A stretch of DNA of 52,054 nt from Candidatus Limnocylindrales bacterium (GTDB taxonomy: Bacteria; Chloroflexota; Limnocylindria; Limnocylindrales; CSP1-4). The notes under the pieces are model-generated. The model ran no database searches. It saw only the letters and a program-made list of their open reading frames with translations, and had not been told where the DNA came from. Positions 41,769-50,379 of this stretch are shown here, one piece after another; position 1 is the first letter of the stretch; each line of letters opens with the position of its first letter. The stretch is from positions 1-52,054 of the forward strand of contig JANWLH010000128.1 in the NCBI GenBank assembly GCA_025450915.1, written 5' to 3'. The translations under genes and the position numbers were made by a program.

Positions 41769-42619
41769 CGGGTTGGTCCGCCCGAGCCGGGCCGGCGCCT
41801 GAGCATTGCCAGTCCGGCGAGGCCCGCGATCGCCACGATCGCGGCCACGAGGGCCGGTGTCCCGTCCCCGGTTGAACCGGTGGGGGAGTCAGCATTGCCG
41901 CCACCCACGACCGGGCTCGACGGTCCTGGAGTGGCCTCGATCGCGGCGACCGCGCCGCTCCCGGCCGGCGTCGGGGGAACCGAAGATGCCGCCGGGCCAG
42001 CGCTCGACGCCGCCGGCTGGGACGGCGCCGTAGAGCCCGGGGGTGGCGGCGTGACGGGCCGGGGCGTCGCGGTCTGCGTCGGTGCCTGAGTGGCGGTTGG
42101 CCGCGGCGTCGGCCTGGGCGTGACGCCCGGCGTCGGCGTTGGCGACGGGCAGTTGCCCAGGCTGCTCGGCGGCGACATTCCCGTCTGCGCTTCGAAACGG
42201 AAGCCTTCCGCGTCGCCGTCGCCGAAGACCAGGGCGGAGACGCCCAGATTGGAGCTCGCCCAGCTTCCGCCTTTGCGAGCGACGAAAATCTCCCAAAACG
42301 GGCTGTTGCTCGTCCAGCAGCCCGACGGAATCTCGGCCGGCTCGCCGTCGATCCAGCAGATCGCATTACTCAAGCCGCCGAAGTCCATCGTCACGTACTT
42401 GACGCCCGATGCGATGAGGACCTGCTCTCCGGTCAGTGACGAGCCGCTGAACGCGATACATCGAGTCACCGTGGAGCCGTCGCCGTGCTCGACGACGAGG
42501 GCGACGTGGTGGCTTCCGGTCGCCGCGTCGCAGGTCGCCGCCGGCCTCGACCAGGCAATTGCCATGATCGGGACCTGGACGGCGACCGCGACGAGGACCG
42601 CCAGGAGCAGGTTCCGCAA
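41765..42619 (-). CDS. Membrane-anchored protein with transcobalamin beta-domain/DUF4430-like domain
   Basis: Signal peptide; ICWIDG...FWEIF...G.W..SNLGV......GDAEGFRF pattern; P/T linker; C-terminal TM followed by RRR. Confidence 0.65.
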   Translation of the reverse strand: MRNLLLAVLVAVAVQVPIMAIAWSRPAATCDAATGSHHVALVVEHGDGSTVTRCIAFSGSSLTGEQVLIASGVKYVTMDFGGLSNAICWIDGEPAEIPSGCWTSNSPFWEIFVARKGGSWASSNLGVSALVFGDGDAEGFRFEAQTGMSPPSSLGNCPSPTPTPGVTPRPTPRPTATQAPTQTATPRPVTPPPPGSTAPSQPAASSAGPAASSVPPTPAGSGAVAAIEATPGPSSPVVGGGNADSPTGSTGDGTPALVAAIVAIAGLAGLAMLRRRPGSGGPTR

Positions 42620-42621
42620 CC

Positions 42622-43779
42622 TCAGCGTGAGAGCCGCCTCGACCAGAGGCGGAGGCTGGCGCCGAGTGCCGCGAGGCTGAGCATCAGGAGCACGGGCAGC
42701 AGGCCGCCGTCAGCTGGCGTCTGACCCAGCGGCGCCGCAGCTGCCGTCGCGGGTGGGGTGGCCCCGGTCGGCCGGGGAGTCGCGACCGCCGCGCACACGG
42801 CCGCCGGCAGGGCCGCACCCGCCGTCCACGTCGTGCTTCCCGGGAACGGGACCTTGGCGAGGCCCGCCGGGACCTGGCTCGTCGTGAAGGCGTCGGGACC
42901 GGGATTGCCCGGGAAGGTGAAGCCGCCGTTGGCCTTGGACTGGAACGTCAGCAGGTTGGTCAGGGCGGTGTGGCCACTCTTGGTCCAGCTCGGCGCCGAC
43001 GGGTTCTCACCGGCGGCCACCAGCCCCTGGATCACGTTCGCATCGGAGTCGGGGTCGCTGAACGGCGACCCGAACGCGGCGCTGTACGGGAATCCACCAT
43101 CGCTGAGCTGCTGGGCGTGGAGGTAGGCCAGGGCGCTCGTGATCGAAGCGTCGGACGTCGGCGTCCCCGCGGCGACGAGGGCCTCGAGCGCGATCGCCGT
43201 CGAGTTCGTGTCGCCGCCGCCGACGGCATCCTTGACGCCCTGGAAGTCCCACGAGCCGTCGGTGTCCTGGGCCGCGATCAACTCGGTCACGGCGCCGGCC
43301 GGCAGGGGATGGCCCGCATCGGCCGCCGCCACCAGGGCGAGGATCGCCAGCGACTGGGTGTACGTCTGGCCGTCACCATAGGCGTGGGTCGTCGAATCGA
43401 ACGTCGCGTCGAGCGCCGTCAGGAGATCGTGCCCGCCGAATGCGGTCGGGTCGAGCTTGGCGTCGATCGCCGCGAGGGCCTCCTTCGCGACGAGTGACGC
43501 GTTCGTCAGCGAGCCGCCGATGCCCGCCTCGAGGTAGTCGAACGCCGTGCTGCCGCCGGACTTCTCGAGAATCGTGGGGTCGAAACCGGCCGCGGCCGCT
43601 CCGAAGACGTAGTCGGCTGTCACGCCCGGCGCTCCGCCGACGGACCCGTCACTGGCCTGTCCCGAGGCGAGGAACTGGAGCGCGCACGTCGCCGGATCCG
43701 GCGCTGCCCAGGCAGCTGGGACGTTGATGAGAAGGAGTCCTGTGGCCAGTATCGCGCTGGCCCACCTGAGTCGACCCAC
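42622..43779 (-). CDS. Membrane-anchored prenyltransferase/squalene-cyclase repeat (alpha6/alpha6 barrel) protein
   Basis: Signal peptide; repeats GQASDGS, AQDTDGSW, QQLSDGGF and FQSKANGGF; C-terminal TM with basic tail. Confidence 0.8.
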   Translation of the reverse strand: MGRLRWASAILATGLLLINVPAAWAAPDPATCALQFLASGQASDGSVGGAPGVTADYVFGAAAAGFDPTILEKSGGSTAFDYLEAGIGGSLTNASLVAKEALAAIDAKLDPTAFGGHDLLTALDATFDSTTHAYGDGQTYTQSLAILALVAAADAGHPLPAGAVTELIAAQDTDGSWDFQGVKDAVGGGDTNSTAIALEALVAAGTPTSDASITSALAYLHAQQLSDGGFPYSAAFGSPFSDPDSDANVIQGLVAAGENPSAPSWTKSGHTALTNLLTFQSKANGGFTFPGNPGPDAFTTSQVPAGLAKVPFPGSTTWTAGAALPAAVCAAVATPRPTGATPPATAAAAPLGQTPADGGLLPVLLMLSLAALGASLRLWSRRLSR

Positions 43780-43871
43780 GGTGGTTCCTCCGACGGCGAA
43801 CGGCCCACACCGCGGAAACCTGCCGTCAGAGGTTCATCTACCGATCTGCGCGGGTGGGATGACACATCCCG

Positions 43872-44030
43872 TTCGACCAGGTCTCCTGGCTCGCGGATCG
43901 ACACGTCCGGCCGCCTTCCCGGGCTCACGCCCAGTGGCATCACTGGCCGGCCGTTCCCCGCTGACAGTTGCGCGACAGCGCCGGATTTCCACCGGCTTCC
44001 CTTGGGTCAAACGGCACTATTCAGTTGTCC
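43872..44030 (-). ncRNA. Cobalamin riboswitch
   Basis: Minus strand reads AAGGGAAGCCGGTGGAAATCCGGCGCTGTCGCGCAACTGT...GCCACTGGG...GGGAAGG...GAGCCAGGAGACCTG (B12 box). Boundaries approximate. Confidence 0.93.
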
Positions 44031-44074
44031 GGCCATGGTACTCGCCGAACGATTCCCCGGTCAGCGCCCTCGGT

Positions 44075-44254
44075 GGGGTCGTTGTCGCACGCAGATCGAC
44101 AAACAGCGCGGTTCTGAGCTGACCGACGGGTTCTGGCTCAGTCACGCGGTGGATTCGTCGCTGTGTTAGCCGCCAACGGCTAATTCCGGCAAGCCGAGCG
44201 AGTTTGGGCGGCTCAGAACGGGCGATTTGTCACGTGGCCCGGGACATCCAACCC
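44075..44254. repeat. Long imperfect palindrome, tentative copy E7 (180 bp)
   Basis: GACAAA..GC..GTTCTGAGC / GCTCAGAAC..GC..TTTGTC inverted repeat plus weaker outer arms. No clear central GTGCAC. Confidence 0.6.
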
Positions 44255-44282
44255 GATCCGCCCGCGAGGGACGACGACGCGG

Positions 44283-45476
44283 CTACGCGCGCTTGCGCTG
44301 CAGGTCCAGGAAGGGCAATTTGACGACCGTCGCGGCGACCCGGCCGCGGCGGGCCTCGACCGTCCACTCTGCCTGGAGCTGCGTGCCGGGCCGCTCGTAG
44401 GCGGGGGGCACCGAGGCGAGAGCGATCGGCTTCTTGAGGATCGGGCTCCAGCCGTGGCTCGTGATCCGGCCGACCTGCCGACCGCCGGCATCGTAGAGCG
44501 GGATCGCGGAGCGATCGACCACGGCCGGGGCGCCCGGAGGCAGGCCCTGGGCGTTGTACATCGCGTCGATGTCCGGCCAGCTGATCTCGAGCCCGACGAG
44601 CCGTCGGCGTGGCCCGCCCCGACGACGCTCCTCGAGCAGCGCACGCCGCCCGACGAAATCGCCCTTCTCGAAGTCGACGAGCTTGCCCAGCCCGATCTCC
44701 CCGGGCGAGTAGGCCTGGTCGGCGTTCATCGCATGGCGGGCGCTCGTGTAGTCGACCTCGAGGAGGATGAGCCCGGCCTCCAGCCGGACGACGTCGAGGG
44801 CGATCATCCCGGCCGGCCGGATCCCGTACGGCTTGCCGGCCGTAATGACTGCATCCCACAGGTCGACGGCGCGCTCCGCCGCGACCCACAGCTCATAACC
44901 GAGGTCGCCGGTGTAGCCCGTCCGGCTGATGTCGATCGGGATGCCCGCGATCGTCGCCGTGCGTCGCCGGAAGTAGCGCAGATCGGCGAGGTCGCCGGCC
45001 CCGGCCGCCTCGAGGACCGCCCGGCTGAGCGGCCCCTGGAGGGCCAGCGCGGCAGTCGCCTCGGAGGTGTCGTCGATCGTCACGTCGAGCCCGGCCGCGT
45101 TGAGGCTGAGCCAGCGGAATTGCGGATCGGCCGCGGTCCAGCGGAACCGGTTCGGCCCGAGGCGGTGGATCGTGCCGTCATCGACGACCTTGCCGTCCTC
45201 GTCGCACCACGGGCCGTAGAAGACCTGCCCGACCTTCAGCTTTGTCGCGTCACGAGTGATCACCCGGTCGACGAGCTGCTCCGCGTCGGGTCCGTGGACC
45301 TCGTACTTGTAGAGCGGCGAGACGTCGATCAGGGCCGCCTGCTCGCGGATCGCGTTGTACTCGATGTCGTGGAAGTCGGCGTAGACGCTGGCGGCGAAGT
45401 AGCCCGACCACTCCCGCCATTGCATCTTCCGGTTGTACGCCAGGGTGCGGGCGTGAAAGGCGGTCCCGACGCTCAA
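44283..45476 (-). CDS. Aminomethyltransferase (GcvT/DmdA-like folate-binding) family protein
   Basis: EYNAIRE.AALIDVS, ALQGP, SRTGYTGDLGYEL and RLEAG; GGAGG before the TTG start. Confidence 0.9.
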   Translation of the reverse strand: MSVGTAFHARTLAYNRKMQWREWSGYFAASVYADFHDIEYNAIREQAALIDVSPLYKYEVHGPDAEQLVDRVITRDATKLKVGQVFYGPWCDEDGKVVDDGTIHRLGPNRFRWTAADPQFRWLSLNAAGLDVTIDDTSEATAALALQGPLSRAVLEAAGAGDLADLRYFRRRTATIAGIPIDISRTGYTGDLGYELWVAAERAVDLWDAVITAGKPYGIRPAGMIALDVVRLEAGLILLEVDYTSARHAMNADQAYSPGEIGLGKLVDFEKGDFVGRRALLEERRRGGPRRRLVGLEISWPDIDAMYNAQGLPPGAPAVVDRSAIPLYDAGGRQVGRITSHGWSPILKKPIALASVPPAYERPGTQLQAEWTVEARRGRVAATVVKLPFLDLQRKRA

Positions 45477-45562
45477 GCTGGCTCCTCCGATTCGGCCACC
45501 GGCGACTCCGGCGGGCCAAGTATGCAGATTTCCTATTCACTCTGGATGGCACGAGCCGGAAC

Positions 45563-45732
45563 TTCGTCCGGATGTCGCCGGCAGACGCTGCGGGCGAGGA
45601 TCCGGCCGAATTGGTCGGCAGAGCTCAATTCCTCGGTGTCAACCGTGCCCGACCGCCGGTCACCGAAGGGCGAATCGGAGGACGACAAGCCCAAACCTGG
45701 CGGACCGCGTCTGGTGACGACATTTGGACGAA
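45563..45732. repeat. Long imperfect palindrome element, copy E6 (170 bp)
   Basis: Arms 22/28 inverted identity. Right arm CCGCGTCTGGTGACGACA is nearly identical to E4 CCGCGTCTGATGACGACA; CGTG|CCCG lies exactly at the centre. Confidence 0.8.
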
Positions 45733-45875
45733 CCTCGCCCGGGCGAGTTCCGGAGCGACCGACCGGGCAACAGGTCGCCCTCGGCACGTCCGCCGAGCCG
45801 CTAGACTGCATACGTTCCATCCACCTTGCATAGGGCCGCGGCGCGTCCTGACGGCAAGTCTCGAGCGGAGGATCC

Positions 45876-47471
45876 GTGGCCAGGACGTACGACGCGGTGA
45901 TCATCGGCGGCGGCCACAACGGCCTGGTCAGTGCGGCCTACCTGGCCCGCGCGGGTCTCAGCACGCTCGTCCTCGAGAAGCGCGAGCTGCTGGGCGGGGC
46001 CGCGGTGACCGAGGAGATCTTCCCCGGCTTCCGCTTCTCGGTCGCCTCGTACGTCGTCAGCCTCCTCCGGCCAGAGATCATCCGGGAGCTCGACCTGCCG
46101 GCCCACGGGCTCGACATCCTGCCCCTCGACGGCACGTTCACGCCCCTCCAGGGCGACTACCTGTGGCGGGTCAACGACCATGGCCGGACGATCCGCGAGC
46201 TGCGTCGCTGGTCGAAGCTGGACGCCGAGGCGTACGAGGAATACGGCCAGCTGATGGTCGAGATGGCCCGCTTCATCAAGCCGATCCTGTCGATCGTCCC
46301 GCCCGACCCGACCGGCTTCGATCCTCGCCAGTTCACGCCCCTGGCCGGCCTCGCCCGCTCGTTCCAGCGGCTGCCCGAGAAGCAACAGGCGGTCTTCGTC
46401 CAGCTGATGACGATGAGTGCCGCCGATTTCCTGGCCCAGTGGTTCGAGACCGACCCGCTGATGGCGACGATGTCGGCGTCGGGGATCATCGGCACCTACC
46501 AGGGCGTGAAGTCGCCGGGAACCGCCTACGTCCTCCTGCATCACTACATGGGTGAGATCGACGGCGCGTTCCGGGCCTGGGGGATCCCCCGTGGCGGGAC
46601 GGGCGGAGTCTCGAATGCAATCGGCAACGCCGCGCGGGCGCAGGGCGCCGAGATCCGCCTCGAGGCGCCGGTGGCCCGGATCATGACCCGCGACGGCCGG
46701 GCCGTCGGCGTGGCCCTCGAGTCGGGCGAGGAGATCTACGCCCATCACGTCCTCTCGTCGGTCGACTCGCGGCTGACCTACCTCGGACTGCTCGAGCCGG
46801 GCTCGCTCGAGCCGGAGTTCGAGGACGAGGTCCGCCGCTTCAAGTTCCGGGGCTCGTCGGGCAAGGTCAACCTCGCGGTCGACGGGCTGCCGGACTTCAG
46901 CTGCCTGCCCGGCGAGGGCGACCACCTCCGCGGAGCGATCAGCTACAGCGCCTCGATCGAGGACATGGAACGCGCCTACGACGACGCGAAATACGGCCAC
47001 TGGAGCCGGCGGCCGTACATCGACATGATCATCCCGACGCTCGTCGATCCGTCGATGGCACCACCCGGCAAGCACGTCATCAGTTGCTTCGTCCAGTACG
47101 CGCCGTACCACCTCGATCCGGCGCTCGGGAGCTGGGATGACAACCGCGAGGCGTTCGGCGACGCGGTGATCGACCGGATCGCCGAGGTCGCCCCGAACAT
47201 CCGGGACATCATCCTCCATCGCCAGGTCCTCACCCCGCTCGACATCGAGCGCCGGTTCGGGCTCACCGAGGGCAACATCTTCCAGGGTGAGCTGAGCCTC
47301 GAACAGCTCTTCTTCAACCGGCCGATGCCCGGCTATGCCCGCTTCAAGACCCCGATCCGGGACCTCTGGCTGTGCGGCTCGGCGACCCATCCGGGGGGCG
47401 GGATCATGGGTGCCAACGGCCGGATCGCGGCGATGGAAGTGCTCCGGGCGACCGGCCGGAAGGTGGCCTGA
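45876..47471 (+). CDS. Phytoene dehydrogenase-like (PYROXD2-type) FAD oxidoreductase, gene 1
   Basis: IIGGGHNGL, GGAAVTEEIFPGF, TPLDIER.FGLTEGNIFQG and CGSATHPGGGIMGANG. Confidence 0.9.
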   Translation: MARTYDAVIIGGGHNGLVSAAYLARAGLSTLVLEKRELLGGAAVTEEIFPGFRFSVASYVVSLLRPEIIRELDLPAHGLDILPLDGTFTPLQGDYLWRVNDHGRTIRELRRWSKLDAEAYEEYGQLMVEMARFIKPILSIVPPDPTGFDPRQFTPLAGLARSFQRLPEKQQAVFVQLMTMSAADFLAQWFETDPLMATMSASGIIGTYQGVKSPGTAYVLLHHYMGEIDGAFRAWGIPRGGTGGVSNAIGNAARAQGAEIRLEAPVARIMTRDGRAVGVALESGEEIYAHHVLSSVDSRLTYLGLLEPGSLEPEFEDEVRRFKFRGSSGKVNLAVDGLPDFSCLPGEGDHLRGAISYSASIEDMERAYDDAKYGHWSRRPYIDMIIPTLVDPSMAPPGKHVISCFVQYAPYHLDPALGSWDDNREAFGDAVIDRIAEVAPNIRDIILHRQVLTPLDIERRFGLTEGNIFQGELSLEQLFFNRPMPGYARFKTPIRDLWLCGSATHPGGGIMGANGRIAAMEVLRATGRKVA

Positions 47472-47473
47472 CG

Positions 47474-49111
47474 ATGGCCCAGACCGGCAGGTCGTGGGAC
47501 GCGATCGTCGTCGGCGGCGGCCACAACGGGCTGGTTGCCGCGGCGTACCTGGCCAAGGGCGGCCTTTCGACGCTCGTGCTCGAGCGCCGCGAGCGGGTTG
47601 GTGGGATCGCCGACACCCACGAGCTCAAGCCCGGCGTCCGGGTGCCCGCGGTCGCCCACACCGTTGGCCGGCTCAGGCCGTCGGTGGTTCGCGACCTCGC
47701 GCTGCGCAGCCACGGCCTGCACCTGATCGCGCCGGAGGTGCGGGTCTTCGCACCGGCCCCTGATGGCTCCGCGATCACCCTGTACGACGACATCCAGCGG
47801 ACCGCCGACGGGCTCCGAGCCCGGTCCGGCCAGGACGCAGCGAGCTACGCCGGCTTCGATCGCCTCGTTCGCTCGCTGGGCCGCTTCCTGGCCGAGCTCG
47901 GTGGCGCGGCGCCGCCGGACATCAACGCGCCGAGTTTTGGCGACGCCCTCACCGGGCTGAAGCTGACCCGCTCGTTCCGCGGCCTCGGCAAGCACGACGG
48001 CCGCTCGATCCTGCGCGTCCTGCCGATGGCGATCGCCGACTTCGTGGCCGAATCGTTCGAGACCGACGCCCTCCGCGGGATCCTCGCCGCACGGGGCATC
48101 CAGAACACGGCGATGGGGCCCTGGTCGGCCGGCACGACGGCGGTCTTCCTGGCCGATTCCGCAGGCAACGACGGCGGGGCTGCCGGCCAGACGGTCTATG
48201 CCCGGGGCGGCCCGGGCGCTCTCTCGGCAGCGCTCGCGGCCGCGGTCCGGGCAGCCGGTGGCGAGATCCGCACCGACGCCGACGTCGTCAAGGTGACGAG
48301 TCGCGACGGCCGGGCGACCGGCGTGGTCCTCGGCTCGGGCGAGGAGATCACTGCCCGGGTCGTCGTTGCCGGAATCGATCCGAAGAAGGTCCTGACCCGT
48401 CTCGTCGACCCGGTCGTCGTCGGCCCCGGCCTGCGCTGGCGGGCCGCCAACATCCGCACGCCGGGCACCGTGGCCAAGGTCAACCTGGCCCTCTCCGGCC
48501 TGCCCGTCTTCCCGGCGGCCGGGGCGGGCCCCGACGGCGAGCGTCTCCTGCGGGGCAGGATCGTGATCGCGCCCGGCATCGACTACGTCGAGCGGGCTTT
48601 CGACGCGTCGAAGTACGGCGGGATCAGTGCGGCGCCCTATCTCGAGGCGACGATCCCGTCACTCGTCGACCCGACCCTGGTCGACGACCCGAAGTCCGGC
48701 GCACGCCGGCCCGCCCGCCACGTCATGAGCATCCATCTCCAATACGCGCCGTACCACCTTGCCGAGGGAACCTGGCCGGCCCGCCGTGACGAGCTGGGCG
48801 ATCTCGCGATCCAGACGCTCGAGCAATACGCCCCGGGGATCGGCAAGCTCGTCGTCGCCCGGCAGGTGCTGACGCCGCTCGACCTCGAACGCGACTACGG
48901 CCTCACCGGCGGCCATCCATATCACGCGGAGCCGAGCCTCGACAGCTTCTTCCTGTGGCGGCCGCTCCTCGGCAGCGCCCGCTACCGGCTGCCCGTCGAG
49001 GGCCTCTACCTCGCCGGCTCAGGCGCCCATCCGGGCGGCGGCGTCACGGGGATCCCCGGCCAGAATGCCGCTCGCGAGATCCTCAGCGACTGGAAGAAGC
49101 GCCGGCGCTGA
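47474..49111 (+). CDS. Phytoene dehydrogenase-like FAD oxidoreductase, gene 2
   Basis: VVGGGHNGL, TPLDLERDYGLTGG and AGSGAHPGGGVTG; ATG (MAQTG) just after the gene 1 stop. Confidence 0.9.
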   Translation: MAQTGRSWDAIVVGGGHNGLVAAAYLAKGGLSTLVLERRERVGGIADTHELKPGVRVPAVAHTVGRLRPSVVRDLALRSHGLHLIAPEVRVFAPAPDGSAITLYDDIQRTADGLRARSGQDAASYAGFDRLVRSLGRFLAELGGAAPPDINAPSFGDALTGLKLTRSFRGLGKHDGRSILRVLPMAIADFVAESFETDALRGILAARGIQNTAMGPWSAGTTAVFLADSAGNDGGAAGQTVYARGGPGALSAALAAAVRAAGGEIRTDADVVKVTSRDGRATGVVLGSGEEITARVVVAGIDPKKVLTRLVDPVVVGPGLRWRAANIRTPGTVAKVNLALSGLPVFPAAGAGPDGERLLRGRIVIAPGIDYVERAFDASKYGGISAAPYLEATIPSLVDPTLVDDPKSGARRPARHVMSIHLQYAPYHLAEGTWPARRDELGDLAIQTLEQYAPGIGKLVVARQVLTPLDLERDYGLTGGHPYHAEPSLDSFFLWRPLLGSARYRLPVEGLYLAGSGAHPGGGVTGIPGQNAAREILSDWKKRRR

Positions 49112-50369
49112 CCGCCTCGTCCTCGACCTCGGGGTCAATTCCCGGCCGCGGCTCGGTGGGCACCCGGACCCGGCGACCCTCGCGCTTCTCGACGCGCCGG
49201 GCCGCCCGCTGGGCGACCGTCTCGCCGGATTGCTCCTCGAGGTAGTGCCAGAAGAAGGCGGTGACGATCGCCGCAATCGGGATCCCGAAGATCGCCCCGG
49301 CGACCCCGGCAATCTTGCCGCCGATGAGGACCGAGCCCAGGACCACGATCGGATGAAGCCCGACCGCGCCGGCCATCAGGCGCGGCTGGAGGACATTCAT
49401 CACGACGAACCAGCCGATCCCGATCAGGACGGCGACCGGCAGCAGCAGGTCGGGGTTGAAGATCAGGGCATCGAGGACCGGTGGCAGCCACGCGACGAAC
49501 GGCCCGAAGAACGGGATCGCCATGAGCACGCCGGCGGTCGTCGCCGTGATCGGCACCAGCTTCAGGCCAAAAACGACCGAGACGGCCACCGTGATCGCCC
49601 CGTAGACGGCGCCCATGATCACCTGCCCGCGCAGGAATCCCCCGAACGATCGGTTGACGCTGACCCGCAGGAGCTCGGCCTCGGCTCGGTACGCGGTCGG
49701 CGTCAGCCGGAAGAGGAACGCCAGGATCCGCTTGCGGTCGATCGCGATGTAGATCGACAGGATCGAGATGATCAGGACGGTGCCGATCACGCTGATGCTG
49801 GCAACCGCCACCTGCTGGATCGGCCCGACGAGGTCCACGGCACCGGTCTGGAGGTTGTCGAGCAGCGAGTGGACGAGGGCCACGAGGTCGACCGACAGGC
49901 CCAGCCCGTTGAGCCGCTCCTGCCAGGGGGCCAGGTACTGGCCCAGGTTCTGTTCGATCTGGGGGATCGACTGGACGAACTGGCCGATCGAGCTGGCCAG
50001 GTTCGCGGCCACGACGAAGATCGCCAGGAGCAGGGCGCCGATCGCCACGACGTACACGATCAGCACGGCGGCCGCCTGGGGGAGGGGCCCGACGAGGCGC
50101 TTCAGGGCCGACGCGAAGGGGGTGACGATGAACGCGATCAGCCAGGCCAGGAAGAAGATCAGGACGATGTCGCCAAAGGCGAAGATCGCCGAGCCGACGA
50201 CGGTGATCGCGAAGTAGACCGCGATCACGGTGGCGCTCACGAGGAGCGCGGCAAACCAGCGCGGATCGCGGCCGAGGATCCGGCCCAGGTCGGTGGCGGC
50301 CTCCGAGACGCTGTTCAGCCGGCCGTCGTCGCCCGGTGTGTGCCGTTCCTGCCGATCCGGTTCGGTCAT
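49083..50369 (-). CDS. AI-2E (PerM/TqsA) family transporter
   Basis: GGFLRGQ, IPFFGP, NVLQPRLM...VGLHP and GAIFGIP motifs. Confidence 0.9.
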   Translation of the reverse strand: MTEPDRQERHTPGDDGRLNSVSEAATDLGRILGRDPRWFAALLVSATVIAVYFAITVVGSAIFAFGDIVLIFFLAWLIAFIVTPFASALKRLVGPLPQAAAVLIVYVVAIGALLLAIFVVAANLASSIGQFVQSIPQIEQNLGQYLAPWQERLNGLGLSVDLVALVHSLLDNLQTGAVDLVGPIQQVAVASISVIGTVLIISILSIYIAIDRKRILAFLFRLTPTAYRAEAELLRVSVNRSFGGFLRGQVIMGAVYGAITVAVSVVFGLKLVPITATTAGVLMAIPFFGPFVAWLPPVLDALIFNPDLLLPVAVLIGIGWFVVMNVLQPRLMAGAVGLHPIVVLGSVLIGGKIAGVAGAIFGIPIAAIVTAFFWHYLEEQSGETVAQRAARRVEKREGRRVRVPTEPRPGIDPEVEDEAVSAGASSSR

Positions 50370-50379
50370 CGCCTGACCC

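Noticed and set aside
42622-43779. Squalene-hopene cyclase
   Set aside because: Too short, has a signal peptide and membrane anchor, no DXDD motif seen, and it is under a B12 riboswitch.
45876-49111. Carotenoid biosynthesis (crtI) cluster
   Set aside because: No phytoene synthase or other crt genes nearby; the GGGHNGL-type motifs fit the broader PYROXD2-like group.
49083-49111. 29-bp convergent overlap of the oxidoreductase and AI-2E genes
   Set aside because: Short tail-to-tail overlaps are common in compact high-GC genomes.
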